DNA of 59,556 nt, filler included. It is 4 parts of 4 records of this genome, joined end to end, with 100 filler letters (N's around TTAATTAATTAA, not from the genome) between each part and the next. Parts side by side here need not be neighbours in the genome. Positions count along the whole stretch, not along the records: positions 43,928 to 59,556 come from DRR723986_1446; 3 more parts are not named here. One strand, given 5' to 3'. Below, one piece after another: positions 48,540 to 59,526 of the stretch. The position numbers and the translations under genes are program-made. The notes under the pieces were generated by a model. It was not told the DNA's origin. It did not search any database and saw only the letters and a list, made by a program, of their open reading frames with translations. Within the stretch, counting starts at the first letter, position 1. Each line of letters starts with the position of its first letter.

Positions 48540-49496
48540 ATGTCCTTCCGCACGCAACCCGCCCCTGTGGCCCGCCCCAACCGCTGCCAGTTGTTTGGCC
48601 CCGGCTCGCGCCCTGCAATCTTCGAAAAAATGGCCGGCAGCGCCGCAGATGTGATCAATATCGACCTCGAAGATTCGGTGGCGCCCAGCGACAAAGACAG
48701 CGCGCGCCAAAACGTTATTCAGGCGATTGGCGATGTGGACTGGGGCAATAAAACCCTAAGCGTGCGCATCAATGGGCTGGATACGCCCTATTGGTATCGC
48801 GACGTTGTAGACCTGCTGGAAAACGCCAGCGAGCGGTTAGACCAGATCATGATTCCCAAGGTGGGCAATGCCGCCGATATTTACGCGGTCGATGCGTTGG
48901 TCAGCGCGATCGAGGCCGCCAAGGGCCGCAAAAAGCGCATCGCCTTCGAGGTGATCATCGAAAGCGCCGCGGGTATCGCCCATGTCGAAGAAATTGCCGC
49001 AGCCAGCCCCCGCCTGCAGGCCATGAGCCTGGGCGCGGCAGATTTTGCCGCCTCGATGGGCATGGCCACCACCGGCATCGGCGGCACGCAAGAGGGCTAT
49101 TATATGCTGCGCGAAGGCCAGAAATATTGGTCTGACCCGTGGCATTGGGCCCAAACCGCCATTGTTGCGGCCTGCCGCACCCATGGGGTGCTGCCGGTTG
49201 ATGGGCCCTTTGGCGATTTTTCCGATGACGAGGGTTTCCGCGCCCAAGCGCTACGCTCGGCCACGCTGGGCATGGTGGGCAAATGGGCCATTCACCCCAA
49301 ACAGGTGGCCCTGGCCAACGAGGTATTCACCCCCTCCGAGGCGGCTGTGCAAGAGGCGCGCGAAATTCTGGCGGCCATGGAAGAGGCCAAAGCCAAGGGC
49401 GAGGGCGCCACTGTTTACAAAGGCCGGCTGGTTGATATCGCTTCGATCAAACAGGCCGAGGTGATCGTGCGCCAGTGGGATATGATCAACGCCTAA
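48540..49496 (+). CDS. mcl: L-malyl-CoA/beta-methylmalyl-CoA lyase
   Basis: RPNRCQLFGPGS, DLEDSVAP, VDGPFGDFSD, GKWAIHP; resembles Rhodobacter Mcl1. Confidence 0.88.
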   Translation: MSFRTQPAPVARPNRCQLFGPGSRPAIFEKMAGSAADVINIDLEDSVAPSDKDSARQNVIQAIGDVDWGNKTLSVRINGLDTPYWYRDVVDLLENASERLDQIMIPKVGNAADIYAVDALVSAIEAAKGRKKRIAFEVIIESAAGIAHVEEIAAASPRLQAMSLGAADFAASMGMATTGIGGTQEGYYMLREGQKYWSDPWHWAQTAIVAACRTHGVLPVDGPFGDFSDDEGFRAQALRSATLGMVGKWAIHPKQVALANEVFTPSEAAVQEAREILAAMEEAKAKGEGATVYKGRLVDIASIKQAEVIVRQWDMINA

Positions 49497-49525
49497 ACGC
49501 CGCAGTTTCCAGTGGTTGGAAAAAC

Positions 49526-49554
49526 AGGCGCGCCCATCACGGGCGCGCCTTTTT
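49526..49554 (+). terminator. Intrinsic terminator, likely bidirectional
   Basis: AGGCGCGCCC-ATCAC-GGGCGCGCCT followed by a T-run; A-run upstream. Confidence 0.85.
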
Positions 49555-49579
49555 GCTATTTGTCCCTCTATTTGTCCCT

Positions 49580-51532
49580 CTACTTGGCCCGCATGGTTTG
49601 GCCCACCAATTCCTGGCTAAAGGGCACAGGGTGCGGCGCACGCCCCATACGGGCGCGATAAATGGGCAGGCTTTCAGACACCCGCATCACGTAGTTGCGG
49701 GTTTCGTTAAACGGCAGATGCTCGATCCAGTCCACGATATCTAACTGCCCTTGGCGTGGATCGCCCAATTCTTGCATCCAACGCTCGGGGCGGCTGGGCC
49801 CGGCGTTATAGGCGGCGGCCATCATCACCACATTTCCATCAAAACGTTCGGCCAGATGCGCCAGATAGGCGGTGCCCAGCCGGGCATTATAGGCCGGATC
49901 TGCCAGCACTTGGCGCGGGTCATGTTTCAGGCCCAGCTTTTTGGCCATTTCAGCGGCGGTGGCGGGCATCAGCTGCATCAGCCCCTGGGCGCCGGCGCCG
50001 CTGACAACGGCGGGGTCAAATTCGCTTTCGCGCCGGGCAATCGCCAGCGCCAGTTCGGTGGGCACCGGCATTGCCATCTCTTGCAAGGGGTGCAGCGCGT
50101 AATAGGGCCCCGGCAAGGTGATGCCGCGGCCTGCCGCCTCTTTGCCGATCATCACGGCCAAATGCGGGGCAGACAGATCTTGCGCCATGTGCCCCAGCTG
50201 CCCCAGCCCGGTTTCATCCAGCCCTTCGGCCAGATGGATAAAGAACTGTTCCGCAAGCGAGGTTTGCCCGGCGTTCAGCGCCAAAATGGCGGCTTGAAAC
50301 ACCTGGCTTTGGGTGAATGGGGCCTGGCGCCAATCAGGATAGCGCTGATCGCCGCGCAAGGCCGGATCGGGCGGCATGCCTGCCCGTTCGGCAGCCAGCA
50401 GCCCGTAAAAGCTGGTTTGGTATTGCCCGCCTTCGGCATAGGCAATGCGCGCCGCGCCCGGATCGCCCAATGCCTCTTGTGCGCGGCCAATCCAATAGCC
50501 TGCGCGCCCCAGCGAAATGGGCGTAGACACAGCGCTGCGCAAGCGCTGGAAATGATCGCGCGCCAATGCCGCATCGCCCAGATAGCGCAGCGCGATATAG
50601 CCCGACAGCCATTCCAATTCGGCATAGGCGCTGCCTTTAGGTAAGTGATGGCTGCTGGCGGCCATATAGGCCTGGGCTGCGCGCCCATCACGCATCAGGC
50701 TGCGGGCCAAATAGGTGCGCCACCCCGCCCAACGCGCGGGCTGGCCCAGATCAGCGGCGCTGGCGCTGCGTTCCAGCAGCAATTGCAACGCATCATCGGT
50801 GCGCCCCTTTCGAATGCGCCAGTGAAAGCGGTCATAGGCCAGCCCTGGGTCGCGGGCCAAGGCGGCAGGCACAGCGGCGATCAGGCGATCGACGCCATCA
50901 CGCTCGGCGCGCAGGGCGATACGGGCGCGCGCCAGGGCCTGCCAGCCAGCGGGCAATAGCGGCAGCATGCGCTGGGCCTCGGCCCCGTCACCGCGCCACA
51001 ACAAGGCGTCGGTGCGGGCAATGTGATGCGGCGCCAGTTCGGTGGGAAAGGCGGCAATAAACGCCTGGAATGTGGCCTCATCCAGCGCCAGGGCTGGCCA
51101 TAGGCGGGCCAGCATATCGGCGGCCGCTGTTTTTTGGCCATTGGCCACCAAGGCGCGGGCATAGGCCAGGGCGCCCGGCCCGGTTTGTGGTGCATCGCTT
51201 GCAAAAAACGCCAGCACATCGGCCGTGCTGGCCTGATCTGCCTGCGCCTCGGTGCGTTTGCGCAGCAGCGCCAGGCCGGGCCAATCGGGGTTGCGCGCCA
51301 GAAAGGCCTGCACCTCGGGCAGGGTGCCGATGCCTGTGCGCAGGCGCTGCCATTCCACCAGATCAGGTGCAGGCGGCCCCGCGCGCGCCGCTAAAACGCG
51401 TGCATTATCCCAATTGCCTGCGCGTGCAGCGTCTAGGGCGCTGGCCAAGGGTTTGGGCCCGGTTTGCGCCATCGCGGCGACGGGCAGGCAAAGGGCCACA
51501 CATAGCCCCAGAATGCGCAACATGGCTTGCAT
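49580..51532 (-). CDS. slt: Soluble lytic murein transglycosylase (Slt70-like)
   Basis: Signal peptide; [34 protein letters not shown]. Confidence 0.9.
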   Translation of the reverse strand: MQAMLRILGLCVALCLPVAAMAQTGPKPLASALDAARAGNWDNARVLAARAGPPAPDLVEWQRLRTGIGTLPEVQAFLARNPDWPGLALLRKRTEAQADQASTADVLAFFASDAPQTGPGALAYARALVANGQKTAAADMLARLWPALALDEATFQAFIAAFPTELAPHHIARTDALLWRGDGAEAQRMLPLLPAGWQALARARIALRAERDGVDRLIAAVPAALARDPGLAYDRFHWRIRKGRTDDALQLLLERSASAADLGQPARWAGWRTYLARSLMRDGRAAQAYMAASSHHLPKGSAYAELEWLSGYIALRYLGDAALARDHFQRLRSAVSTPISLGRAGYWIGRAQEALGDPGAARIAYAEGGQYQTSFYGLLAAERAGMPPDPALRGDQRYPDWRQAPFTQSQVFQAAILALNAGQTSLAEQFFIHLAEGLDETGLGQLGHMAQDLSAPHLAVMIGKEAAGRGITLPGPYYALHPLQEMAMPVPTELALAIARRESEFDPAVVSGAGAQGLMQLMPATAAEMAKKLGLKHDPRQVLADPAYNARLGTAYLAHLAERFDGNVVMMAAAYNAGPSRPERWMQELGDPRQGQLDIVDWIEHLPFNETRNYVMRVSESLPIYRARMGRAPHPVPFSQELVGQTMRAK

Positions 51533-51679
51533 TTTCCACTGAGATTACCGATAGAACGGCGCCAGCCTATCTGGCCCGCTGCCGCGCTGCAATTCACGAA
51601 CTTGGCAGATCACATGGCGGCGGCTAGGTTTCGGCAAGAATCGCAGGGGCACGCAGCCCAAATGAAAAAGGAGCGTCAC

Positions 51680-52555
51680 ATGTTCAAGGGAAGCCTTCCC
51701 GCCTTGGTCACGCCGTTTAAAAACGGCGAAGTGGACTATGAGACGCTGAAAAAGCTGGTCGAGTGGCATATCGACGAGGGTAGCCATGGCTTTGTGCCCG
51801 TGGGCACCACCGGCGAAAGCCCCACGCTAACCCATGACGAGCACGAGCGCGTGATCGAAGTGGTGGTCGAGGCGGTTGCGGGCCGTGTGCCGGTTATCGC
51901 CGGTGCGGGCAGCAACAACACCCTGGAGGGCATTCGCCTGATCCAGCACGCAGAACGCGTGGGCGCAGATGCGGCATTGGTGGTGACGCCCTATTACAAC
52001 AAACCCACCCAGCGCGGCCTGGTGGCGCATTTCACCGCCCTGCACGATTGCTGCACCCTGCCTATCGTTATTTACAACATCCCCGGCCGTTCGGTGGTGG
52101 ATATGCTGCCCGATACCATGGGCGCGCTGGCCAAGCTGCCCCGTATCGTTGGGGTGAAAGACGCAACCGGCGATCTAAGCCGCGTGCCGAAACAGCGCAT
52201 CACCTGTGGCAAAGACTTCATCCAGCTATCGGGCGAGGATGCCACAGCGCTGGGCTTTAACGCCCATGGCGGGGTGGGCTGTATTTCGGTAACAGCCAAT
52301 GTGGCGCCGCGCCTTTGCGCCGAATTCCAAGAGGCGACGCTGAAAGGCGATTATGCCAAGGCGCTAGAGATCCAAGATCGCCTGATGCCCCTGCACGAGG
52401 CCATTTTCGCCGAGCCGGGCGTGGCTGGTGCCAAATATGGCATGTGGCGCCTGGGCCTGTGCAGCGACGAGGTGCGCCTGCCCCTGACCAGCCTGACAGA
52501 TGCCACCAAACAGCGCATGGACGCCGCCATGCGCCACGCCGGGCTGATCGATTAA
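51680..52555 (+). CDS. dapA: 4-hydroxy-tetrahydrodipicolinate synthase
   Basis: [32 protein letters not shown]. Confidence 0.96.
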   Translation: MFKGSLPALVTPFKNGEVDYETLKKLVEWHIDEGSHGFVPVGTTGESPTLTHDEHERVIEVVVEAVAGRVPVIAGAGSNNTLEGIRLIQHAERVGADAALVVTPYYNKPTQRGLVAHFTALHDCCTLPIVIYNIPGRSVVDMLPDTMGALAKLPRIVGVKDATGDLSRVPKQRITCGKDFIQLSGEDATALGFNAHGGVGCISVTANVAPRLCAEFQEATLKGDYAKALEIQDRLMPLHEAIFAEPGVAGAKYGMWRLGLCSDEVRLPLTSLTDATKQRMDAAMRHAGLID

Positions 52556-52576
52556 GCAGCCCAACAGAGGCCAAAC

Positions 52577-52606
52577 AAAAACGCCCCCTGTTGGGGGCGT
52601 TTTTTT
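52577..52606. terminator. Bidirectional intrinsic terminator
   Basis: AAAAACGCCCCC-TGTT-GGGGGCGTTTTTTT between convergent genes. Confidence 0.9.
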
Positions 52607-52622
52607 AAGCTTGGGTTTGGGT

Positions 52623-53807
52623 TTAAATGCCCACGTCGATAATGGCTTTGGCCAAGATCGGCACCGATTGTGCATTAAGCCCTGCGATATTCAGGCGGCT
52701 GTCGCCCACCATGTAAATGGCGTGTTCGGCGCGCAGGCGTTCTACATGCTCTGGGCTGGCCCCCAGGCGCGAGAACATGCCGCGGTGCTGGGCGATAAAG
52801 GCAAAACGGTCGGATCCTGACAGTTTTTGCAGCTCGCTTGCCAATTGGGTGCGCAGACCCAGCATGGAAAGGCGCACCTCTTCCAGCTCGGCGGCCCAAT
52901 CAGCGCGCAGTTCGGGCGTGTGCAAAATGGTGCTGACAATGCGTGCGCCATGATCTGGCGGGAAAGAATAATTCTGGCGGTTGAGGAAATTCAAATTGCC
53001 CTGCATCACGCCTTTCAGGCTGGCATCATTCGAGATGGCCATCAAAATGCCAGTGCGTTCGCGGTAAACGCCAAAGTTTTTGGAACAGCTGGCAGCGATC
53101 AGGCATTCGGGCACAGAGGCGGCCACCATGCGGGTGGCGGCGGCGTCTTCTTCCAGCCCGTCGCCAAAACCCTGATAGGCGATATCGATCATCGGGATCG
53201 CGCCCTTGCGGTTTAGCACCTCGACCACCGCCTGCCATTCGGCTGCATTCAGGTTGGCGCCTGTGGGGTTGTGGCAGCAGCCATGCAGCAGCACCACATC
53301 GCCGGCCTGGGCCTGTTCCAGATCGGCCAGCATGGCATTGGCATCTACGCCGCGGGTTTCGGCATCGAAATAGCGGTATTCAACCACAGGCATGTTGAGA
53401 TATTTCAAAATGCTGACGTGGTTGGGCCATGTTGGGTTTGATACAAAGACGCGCGCATCGGGGTTGACCATGCGCACCAGCTCGAAGGCCTGGCGCACGG
53501 CGCCAGTGCCACCGGGGGTGGCCACAGCGGCCACATTGGCCGGCGCCACGGCATCGCCCAAAACCAGCGAGATCATCGCATCGGCAAAGGCCGGATCGCC
53601 CGCCAGCGCCACGTAAGACTTGCTGTCTTGGTCTTGCCAAATCTTCTGTTCGGCCGCTTTCACCGCGCGCATCACGGGCGTGACGCCTTGGGCGTTTTTG
53701 TAAACGCCTACGCCCAGGTCAATTTTGCTGGGGCGCGGATCGTCTTTGTACAATTGCATAAGCTGCAGAATTTTATCTGCAGGCTGTTCCTTTAGGGAAG
53801 AAAACAT
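52623..53807 (-). CDS. tyrB: Aromatic/aspartate aminotransferase (class I)
   Basis: KIDLGVGVY, TPGGTGA, HGCCHNPTG, DIAYQGFG, SCSKNFG.YRER. Confidence 0.88.
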   Translation of the reverse strand: MFSSLKEQPADKILQLMQLYKDDPRPSKIDLGVGVYKNAQGVTPVMRAVKAAEQKIWQDQDSKSYVALAGDPAFADAMISLVLGDAVAPANVAAVATPGGTGAVRQAFELVRMVNPDARVFVSNPTWPNHVSILKYLNMPVVEYRYFDAETRGVDANAMLADLEQAQAGDVVLLHGCCHNPTGANLNAAEWQAVVEVLNRKGAIPMIDIAYQGFGDGLEEDAAATRMVAASVPECLIAASCSKNFGVYRERTGILMAISNDASLKGVMQGNLNFLNRQNYSFPPDHGARIVSTILHTPELRADWAAELEEVRLSMLGLRTQLASELQKLSGSDRFAFIAQHRGMFSRLGASPEHVERLRAEHAIYMVGDSRLNIAGLNAQSVPILAKAIIDVGI

Positions 53808-54664
53808 CAATGGTCTCCGGTTGCGACGGGCAAGGTGGGGAACGCCCCCCATTCTGTCCATGAGCCGTCATAAAGCGAATGGTCGGTTTTGCCGATACGT
53901 TCCAGCGCCAGGCTGATGATGGCCGCTGTCACCCCTGAACCGCAGGTGGTGATTGCGGGCTTGGCCAGATCGACGCCTGCTGCCGCGAACACGGCGCGCA
54001 ACGCATCTGGGGTTTTCATGGTGCCATCGGCATTGAGCAAGCTGGTGAAAGGCACGTTTTTCGAGCCAGGAATATGCCCGCCGCGCAGGCCTGCGCGCGG
54101 CTCGGGATCGGTGCCGCTGAACCGCCCGGCCGAACGGGCATCGAGAATTTCGTGATCACCCAGTTTCGAGGCTGATGACACCTGGGTGACATCGCGCACC
54201 AAATGCGCCTGGCGGCGCACCGTCATGTGGCGGTCGCGCACCATGGGGGGCAGGTCTTCGGTGGGGCGGCCCTCGGCCAGCCATTTGGGCAAGCCACCAT
54301 CCAGCACTGCGATGTTTTCCTGGCCCATCAGCTTGAACGTCCACCACACGCGCGGGGCGGAATAGATGCCGATATTGTCATAGACCACCACCTGGTGGCC
54401 ATCGCCCACGCCCATGGCCCGCAGGCGCGACATGAATTTTTCGATCGGAGGGGCCATATGCGGCAATTCCGAGCGGTGATCGCTGATATCGTCTATGTCG
54501 AAATAGCGTGCACCGGGGATATGGGCCGCGTCATAGGCGGCCTTGGCATCGCCCTCGACGCCGGGCAACAACCAGCTGGCATCAAGGATGCGCAGATCCG
54601 GGTCTTTCAAATGTGCGGCCAGCCATTCGGTTGAAACCAGCACCTTCGGGTCGTCATTGGCCAT
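53807..54664 (-). CDS. sseA: 3-mercaptopyruvate sulfurtransferase
   Basis: HIPGA..FDID, DARS..RF.G..PEPR, CGSGVTA, YDGSW.EWG. Confidence 0.93.
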   Translation of the reverse strand: MANDDPKVLVSTEWLAAHLKDPDLRILDASWLLPGVEGDAKAAYDAAHIPGARYFDIDDISDHRSELPHMAPPIEKFMSRLRAMGVGDGHQVVVYDNIGIYSAPRVWWTFKLMGQENIAVLDGGLPKWLAEGRPTEDLPPMVRDRHMTVRRQAHLVRDVTQVSSASKLGDHEILDARSAGRFSGTDPEPRAGLRGGHIPGSKNVPFTSLLNADGTMKTPDALRAVFAAAGVDLAKPAITTCGSGVTAAIISLALERIGKTDHSLYDGSWTEWGAFPTLPVATGDH

Positions 54665-54734
54665 GGTGATCCCCCCAGTTTGATGTCTGTTCTCTGCCTA
54701 CATCGGGGGGCGGATGCTGACAAGTGTTGCAGCA

Positions 54735-55211
54735 CTAGCCAGAGTGCCGCAACAGCCGCTGTTTTTGGCGGTTCCAATCGCGCTTGGCCTCGGTTGCGCG
54801 TTTGTCGACGTTTTTCTTACCCTTGGCGATGCCCAGCTTTAGCTTGGCGATGCCACGATGGTTGAAATACAAAACCAAAGGCACCAGCGTCATGCCCTTG
54901 CGCTGGGTTGCATTCCACAGCCGCGACAGCTCTTTTTTGGATACCAGCAGCTTGCGCTTGCGGCGCTCTTCGTGGCCCCATGTTTTGGCTTGCTCGTAGG
55001 CTGGGATATAGCTGTTTACCAGCCACAGCTCGCCCTCTTCTACGGCTGCGTAACATTCCACGATATTGGCCGCCTTTTGGCGCAGTGATTTCACCTCGGA
55101 TCCCAGCAGCATGATGCCGCATTCGATATCTTCCTCGATGGCATAATCATACCGCGCCCGCCGGTTTTCGGCGATGATCTTGTAATTCGGGTCTGTTTTC
55201 GTTTTGGCCAT
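54735..55211 (-). CDS. smpB: SsrA-binding protein
   Basis: [29 protein letters not shown]. Confidence 0.96.
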   Translation of the reverse strand: MAKTKTDPNYKIIAENRRARYDYAIEEDIECGIMLLGSEVKSLRQKAANIVECYAAVEEGELWLVNSYIPAYEQAKTWGHEERRKRKLLVSKKELSRLWNATQRKGMTLVPLVLYFNHRGIAKLKLGIAKGKKNVDKRATEAKRDWNRQKQRLLRHSG

Positions 55212-55283
55212 GGGCCTGTGATTATCTGACCGATTGGGCGCTGTCCATTGGGGCTGATGGGGGGGCGCCAAATAGGGCGCACC

Positions 55284-56189
55284 TTACCAGCCTTGCCCGC
55301 CCTTTTCGCTGAAATGCGCCACCAGAAAATCGATGAATGCCCGCACCTTGGGCTGGGTAAAGCGGCCCGGTGGGTAAACGGCGTAAATGCCTGTGCTTTC
55401 AACGGGCAGATCTGGCATGACATCTACCACCTGGCCCTGTTCCATGGCGTTGGCGTATAGAAACGAGGGCAGATAGGCGATGCCCAGCCCGGCGATGCAG
55501 GCATTAAGCAGCGATTGCCCATCATTAACCGACAGCCAGCCGGCACTGCGAATCTGGCGCTCTTCGCCCGAGGGGGCGGTGATTTTCCACGCATTGCCCG
55601 AGGCCTGGTTCGAATAGTGCAGCAATTTGTGGGTGTTCAAATCATCCAACCGCGCAGGCCGGCCATGTTTTTCAAAATAGCTGGGGGCGGCAATCATGCG
55701 CATTTGCGTTTCGGTCAGTTTGCGGGCGCGCAGGCTGCTGTCTTCCAGATCGCCCATGCGAATGGCCATGTCAAAGCCCTCACTGATCAGCTCGACATAG
55801 CGATTGTTCAGCACCATATTCACCGTGATATCTGGATATTTCTGCAAGAAATCCCCCAAAATCGGTGACAGGTGGTTCACGCCAAAATCTGTGGCCACGC
55901 TTAAGCGCAACAGCCCTGTGGGTGCCGATTGCATCGAGGCCACCAGCGCATCGGCCTCGCCTGCATCGCTTAATACGCGGCGGGCGCGGTCGTAATAGGC
56001 CAGCCCAATTTCAGTGGGGCTGACGCGGCGGGTGGTGCGGTTTAGCAATCGCGCACCCAAACGCGCCTCGAGGCTAGAGACATGTTTCGAAACAGCCGAT
56101 TTCGAAATGCCCATCTTTTTGGCTGCATCGGTAAAGCCGCCCTGGTCTACGACGGTTGCAAATGCCTCCATCTCGGTCAAACGATCCAT
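55284..56189 (-). CDS. LysR family transcriptional regulator (CrgA/DmlR-like)
   Basis: HTH FTDAAKKMGISKSAVSK..LE..LG.RLLNRTTR, EGFDMAIR, PKVRAFIDFL. Confidence 0.92.
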   Translation of the reverse strand: MDRLTEMEAFATVVDQGGFTDAAKKMGISKSAVSKHVSSLEARLGARLLNRTTRRVSPTEIGLAYYDRARRVLSDAGEADALVASMQSAPTGLLRLSVATDFGVNHLSPILGDFLQKYPDITVNMVLNNRYVELISEGFDMAIRMGDLEDSSLRARKLTETQMRMIAAPSYFEKHGRPARLDDLNTHKLLHYSNQASGNAWKITAPSGEERQIRSAGWLSVNDGQSLLNACIAGLGIAYLPSFLYANAMEQGQVVDVMPDLPVESTGIYAVYPPGRFTQPKVRAFIDFLVAHFSEKGGQGW

Positions 56190-56382
56190 GCCTTGTGTCC
56201 TTTTCGCTGTTTGCTAAGCGCTGCGTGCAAAATTCGCGCCGAATTCGGGCAGCACTGGGGCATGCGCGGGACAAAAGAGGGGTTTTATTGGTATCGTTCT
56301 GCGGCAGGAAACAACACTTACCGCATTTTGGCCGTAGTCTTGCGGCCTTGTGGGGCGCGCGGGCCGGGCGCATTCTGCCACC

Positions 56383-57288
56383 ATGAGCACGCCCACACCC
56401 CACGCCCCCGAACCGCTTTTTTGGCGCCTGGCGCCCATGGCCTTTGTGCTGTTTTGGGCGGCTGGATACAGCTTTGCCAAGATGGGCCTGCCCCATATCA
56501 AACCCATGACGCTGCTGGCGCTGCGCTATAGCCTTGCGGTGCTGGTGCTGCTGCCCGTGCTATTGGTGCACCGCCCCACATGGCCCAGCGGATGGCGCCA
56601 TTGGGTGGCCATTGCGACCACCGGGTTTTTGATACAATGCGTCTATTTCGGCCTGGCCTATCAGGCGATGGATTATGGCATGAATGCGGGCACTACGGCC
56701 ATTATCATGGCGTTGCAGCCCATTTTGGTGGCCAGCTTATCGCCCTTGGTCACAGGCAGCCGCTATACCGTGCAATTGTGGCTTGGCCTGGTTTTGGGCC
56801 TGGCCGGCGTGGTTGTAGTGATTGCCGCTGGTGGCACATTGGGGCCCAGCCCCTGGGTGGCGGTGCTGTTTGCGCTGATGGCGCTGGCGGGAATGACGGT
56901 GGCGACCTTGTTTGAAAAATGGCACGGCCGCCGCACCGACCCGGTGGTGGGCGGGCTGGTGCAATATATCGTGGGGGCGGCGGTGCTGGTGCCGGTGGCC
57001 TGGCTTGGCGGTATTGGCCATATCGATTGGGGCGCCGAGCTGGTGATCTCGCTGGCCTATCTGGTGATTGTGAATTCCATCGTCTCGATCAGCCTGTTTG
57101 TGGGGCTGGTGCAACGCGGCGATGCCACGCGGATTTCGGCGCTGATGTATCTGGTGCCACCGCTTGCCCTGTTAATTGCGTGGGGCGTGCTGGGCGAAAA
57201 GATGACACCCCTTGCCCTGCTGGGCATGCTGGTGTGTGTCACGGGTGTTTGGCTGGTCAACCGCGCGGGGCGCACCAACGCGGCCTAG
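56383..57288 (+). CDS. DMT/EamA family transporter
   Basis: About 10 hydrophobic segments, LALRY, LQPIL, YLVPP, LGE. Confidence 0.88.
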   Translation: MSTPTPHAPEPLFWRLAPMAFVLFWAAGYSFAKMGLPHIKPMTLLALRYSLAVLVLLPVLLVHRPTWPSGWRHWVAIATTGFLIQCVYFGLAYQAMDYGMNAGTTAIIMALQPILVASLSPLVTGSRYTVQLWLGLVLGLAGVVVVIAAGGTLGPSPWVAVLFALMALAGMTVATLFEKWHGRRTDPVVGGLVQYIVGAAVLVPVAWLGGIGHIDWGAELVISLAYLVIVNSIVSISLFVGLVQRGDATRISALMYLVPPLALLIAWGVLGEKMTPLALLGMLVCVTGVWLVNRAGRTNAA

Positions 57289-57348
57289 GCCATGCAATAT
57301 GGCCCGGGCCGCAGCTGGGTGCGGCTGGGTGCAGGCGGCGGGGGGCGG

Positions 57349-58380
57349 TTAGGCCCCGCGCACCGCATCGATCATGCGTTGCACATTGTCGGGGTCGGCA
57401 TCGGGTGTAATGCCGTGACCCAGGTTGAAAATATGCGGCCCATTGGAAAGGGCGCGAACGATGCGCTTGGTTTCATCGATCAGCGCCTGCCCGCCTGTCA
57501 CCATATGCGACGATTTCAGATTGCCCTGCACACAGCCATCAGGCTGCACATGCTGGGCCACCCATTCTGCGGTTACGCTGTCATCCACGGCCACACAATC
57601 GGCGCCGGTTTGTTTGCCAAAGCCGATATAGCCATCGCCGGCCTCGCGTGGGAAGGCGATGATGGGCGTGTTGGGGTGGCGGGCCTTCAGTGCGGTGATG
57701 ATCTGCGCGGCGGGGGCCACGGCATAGCGCTGGAAATCTTCGCCTTTCAGCGAGCCTGCCCAGCTGTCGAAAATCTTGACCACTTCGGCACCGGCATCGA
57801 TCTGGCGCGACAGATATTCGATGGTGGCCTCGGTGATGCGCGCCAAAAGCGCCTCGAACAGGGGGCGGTTTTCGGCCTTTAGCGCATGGGCTGGCCCCTG
57901 GTCTTTGGTGCCGCGGCCGGCAATCATATAGGTTGCCACCGTCCACGGGGCCCCGGCAAAGCCGATCAACGTGGTTTCGCGCGGCAGTTCACGGGCCAGA
58001 ATGCGCACGGTTTCATAAACTGGGTTTAGCGTGGCATCGATTTCATCGACAGGCTTGAGCTGCGCAAGCTGGTCTTGGGTGGTGATGGTTGACAGGCGCG
58101 GGCCCTCGCCGGTGACAAACCACAGATCTGCCCCCAGCGCCTGTGGCAGCAGCAAGATATCAGCAAACAGAATCGCCGCATCAAACCCATAGCGGCGAAT
58201 GGGCTGCAGCGTGACCTCGGCCGCCAGATCCGAGTTGTAGCACAGCGACAGAAAATCGCCCGCCTGTGCGCGGGTGGCACGGTATTCTGGCAGGTAGCGC
58301 CCGGCTTGGCGCATCATCCAAATTGGGGGCACCGCCTGTGTTTCGCCTGCCAGCGCCTTTAGAATTGTTTTTTCTGCCAT
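57349..58380 (-). CDS. hemE: Uroporphyrinogen decarboxylase
   Basis: [37 protein letters not shown]. Confidence 0.97.
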   Translation of the reverse strand: MAEKTILKALAGETQAVPPIWMMRQAGRYLPEYRATRAQAGDFLSLCYNSDLAAEVTLQPIRRYGFDAAILFADILLLPQALGADLWFVTGEGPRLSTITTQDQLAQLKPVDEIDATLNPVYETVRILARELPRETTLIGFAGAPWTVATYMIAGRGTKDQGPAHALKAENRPLFEALLARITEATIEYLSRQIDAGAEVVKIFDSWAGSLKGEDFQRYAVAPAAQIITALKARHPNTPIIAFPREAGDGYIGFGKQTGADCVAVDDSVTAEWVAQHVQPDGCVQGNLKSSHMVTGGQALIDETKRIVRALSNGPHIFNLGHGITPDADPDNVQRMIDAVRGA

Positions 58381-58427
58381 GATAATTCCTTTCCGTTACC
58401 GCCCTTGGACCACTGGCAATAAGCCTA

Positions 58428-58463
58428 TGTCAAGAACGAGCGACTTGTCAGAACAATCTGACA
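58428..58463. promoter_or_regulatory. Tandem PpsR/CrtJ-type boxes between divergent hemE and hemC
   Basis: TGTCAGAACAATCTGACA (58446-58463, perfect TGT-N12-ACA with a 7-bp palindrome) and adjacent TGTCAAGAACGAGCGACT (58428-58445, one mismatch). Confidence 0.65.
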
Positions 58464-58479
58464 CGTCTAAGCAAACATT

Positions 58480-59439
58480 ATGACAACGCAATTGCCCACC
58501 CCCGCCTCACCTTTGAAGATCGGCACCCGTGGATCGCCGCTGGCTTTGGCGCAAGCCTACGAGACCCGCGCGCGCCTGATGCAGGCCTTTCAACTGCCCG
58601 AAGATGCCTTTGAAATCGTGGTGATTAAAACCACCGGCGATGATGCCGCGCTGATTGCCAAAGACCGGCCTTTGAAAGAAATCGGTGGCAAGGGGCTGTT
58701 TACCAAAGAAATCGAAGAGCAGCTGCTAGACGGGCGCATCGATATTGCGGTGCATTCGATGAAAGATATGCCCGTGGCGCAGCCCGACGGGTTGGTGCTG
58801 GATTGCTATTTGCCGCGCGAGGATGTGCGCGATGCCTTTGTCAGCTTGGCGTTTGCGGGGCTGCATGCCCTGCCTGCGGGTGCCAAGGTGGGCTCGTCCT
58901 CGCTGCGCCGGCGGGCACAGCTGCTGAACAAATTTCCCCATCTGCAAGTGGTCGAGTTTCGCGGAAACGTGCAGACGCGCATGAAAAAGCTGGGCGATGG
59001 CGTGGCCGAAGCCACGTTTTTGGCCATGGCAGGGCTGAACCGGCTTGGCATGGATGAGGTGGCGCGCACAGCCATAGCCCCCGAAGATATGCTGCCAGCC
59101 GTGGCCCAAGGCACAATCGGCATCGAACGGCGGCAATCAGATCACGACACGCATGCCATGCTGCAGGCCATCCACCACGGCCCCACGGGCCAGCGGCTGG
59201 CCGCAGAACGCGCATTTTTGGCCGCGCTGGATGGCTCGTGCGAGACACCCATCGCCGGCTTGGCCGAATTGGATGGCGCCACCATTCGCCTGCGCGGCGA
59301 AGTATTGCGCCCCGATGGGTCGGAAAGCATAACCGCCGATCGCACCGCCCCCATCTCGGATGCGGCGGCTTTGGGCACCGATATGGCGCGCGACCTGCTA
59401 GAACAGGCGGGGCCTGGGTTTTTTGACTGGCGCAGTTGA
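58480..59439 (+). CDS. hemC: Hydroxymethylbilane synthase
   Basis: IGTRGSPLA, GGKGLFTKE, VHSMKD, SSLRR, RGNVQTR, GSC.TPI. Confidence 0.97.
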   Translation: MTTQLPTPASPLKIGTRGSPLALAQAYETRARLMQAFQLPEDAFEIVVIKTTGDDAALIAKDRPLKEIGGKGLFTKEIEEQLLDGRIDIAVHSMKDMPVAQPDGLVLDCYLPREDVRDAFVSLAFAGLHALPAGAKVGSSSLRRRAQLLNKFPHLQVVEFRGNVQTRMKKLGDGVAEATFLAMAGLNRLGMDEVARTAIAPEDMLPAVAQGTIGIERRQSDHDTHAMLQAIHHGPTGQRLAAERAFLAALDGSCETPIAGLAELDGATIRLRGEVLRPDGSESITADRTAPISDAAALGTDMARDLLEQAGPGFFDWRS

Positions 59440-59526
59440 GACAGAAAAAGATACAGGGCGCCGGCAAAAAACTGCGGTTTCCTGTCTTGACCACAGGCGC
59501 GGCTTTGCATAAACCGCGCTCACCGT

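Noticed and set aside
49556-49582. 12-bp tandem duplication CTATTTGTCCCT x2 at the slt stop
   Set aside because: Only two copies next to a terminator; likely a slippage duplication, not a CRISPR or functional repeat.
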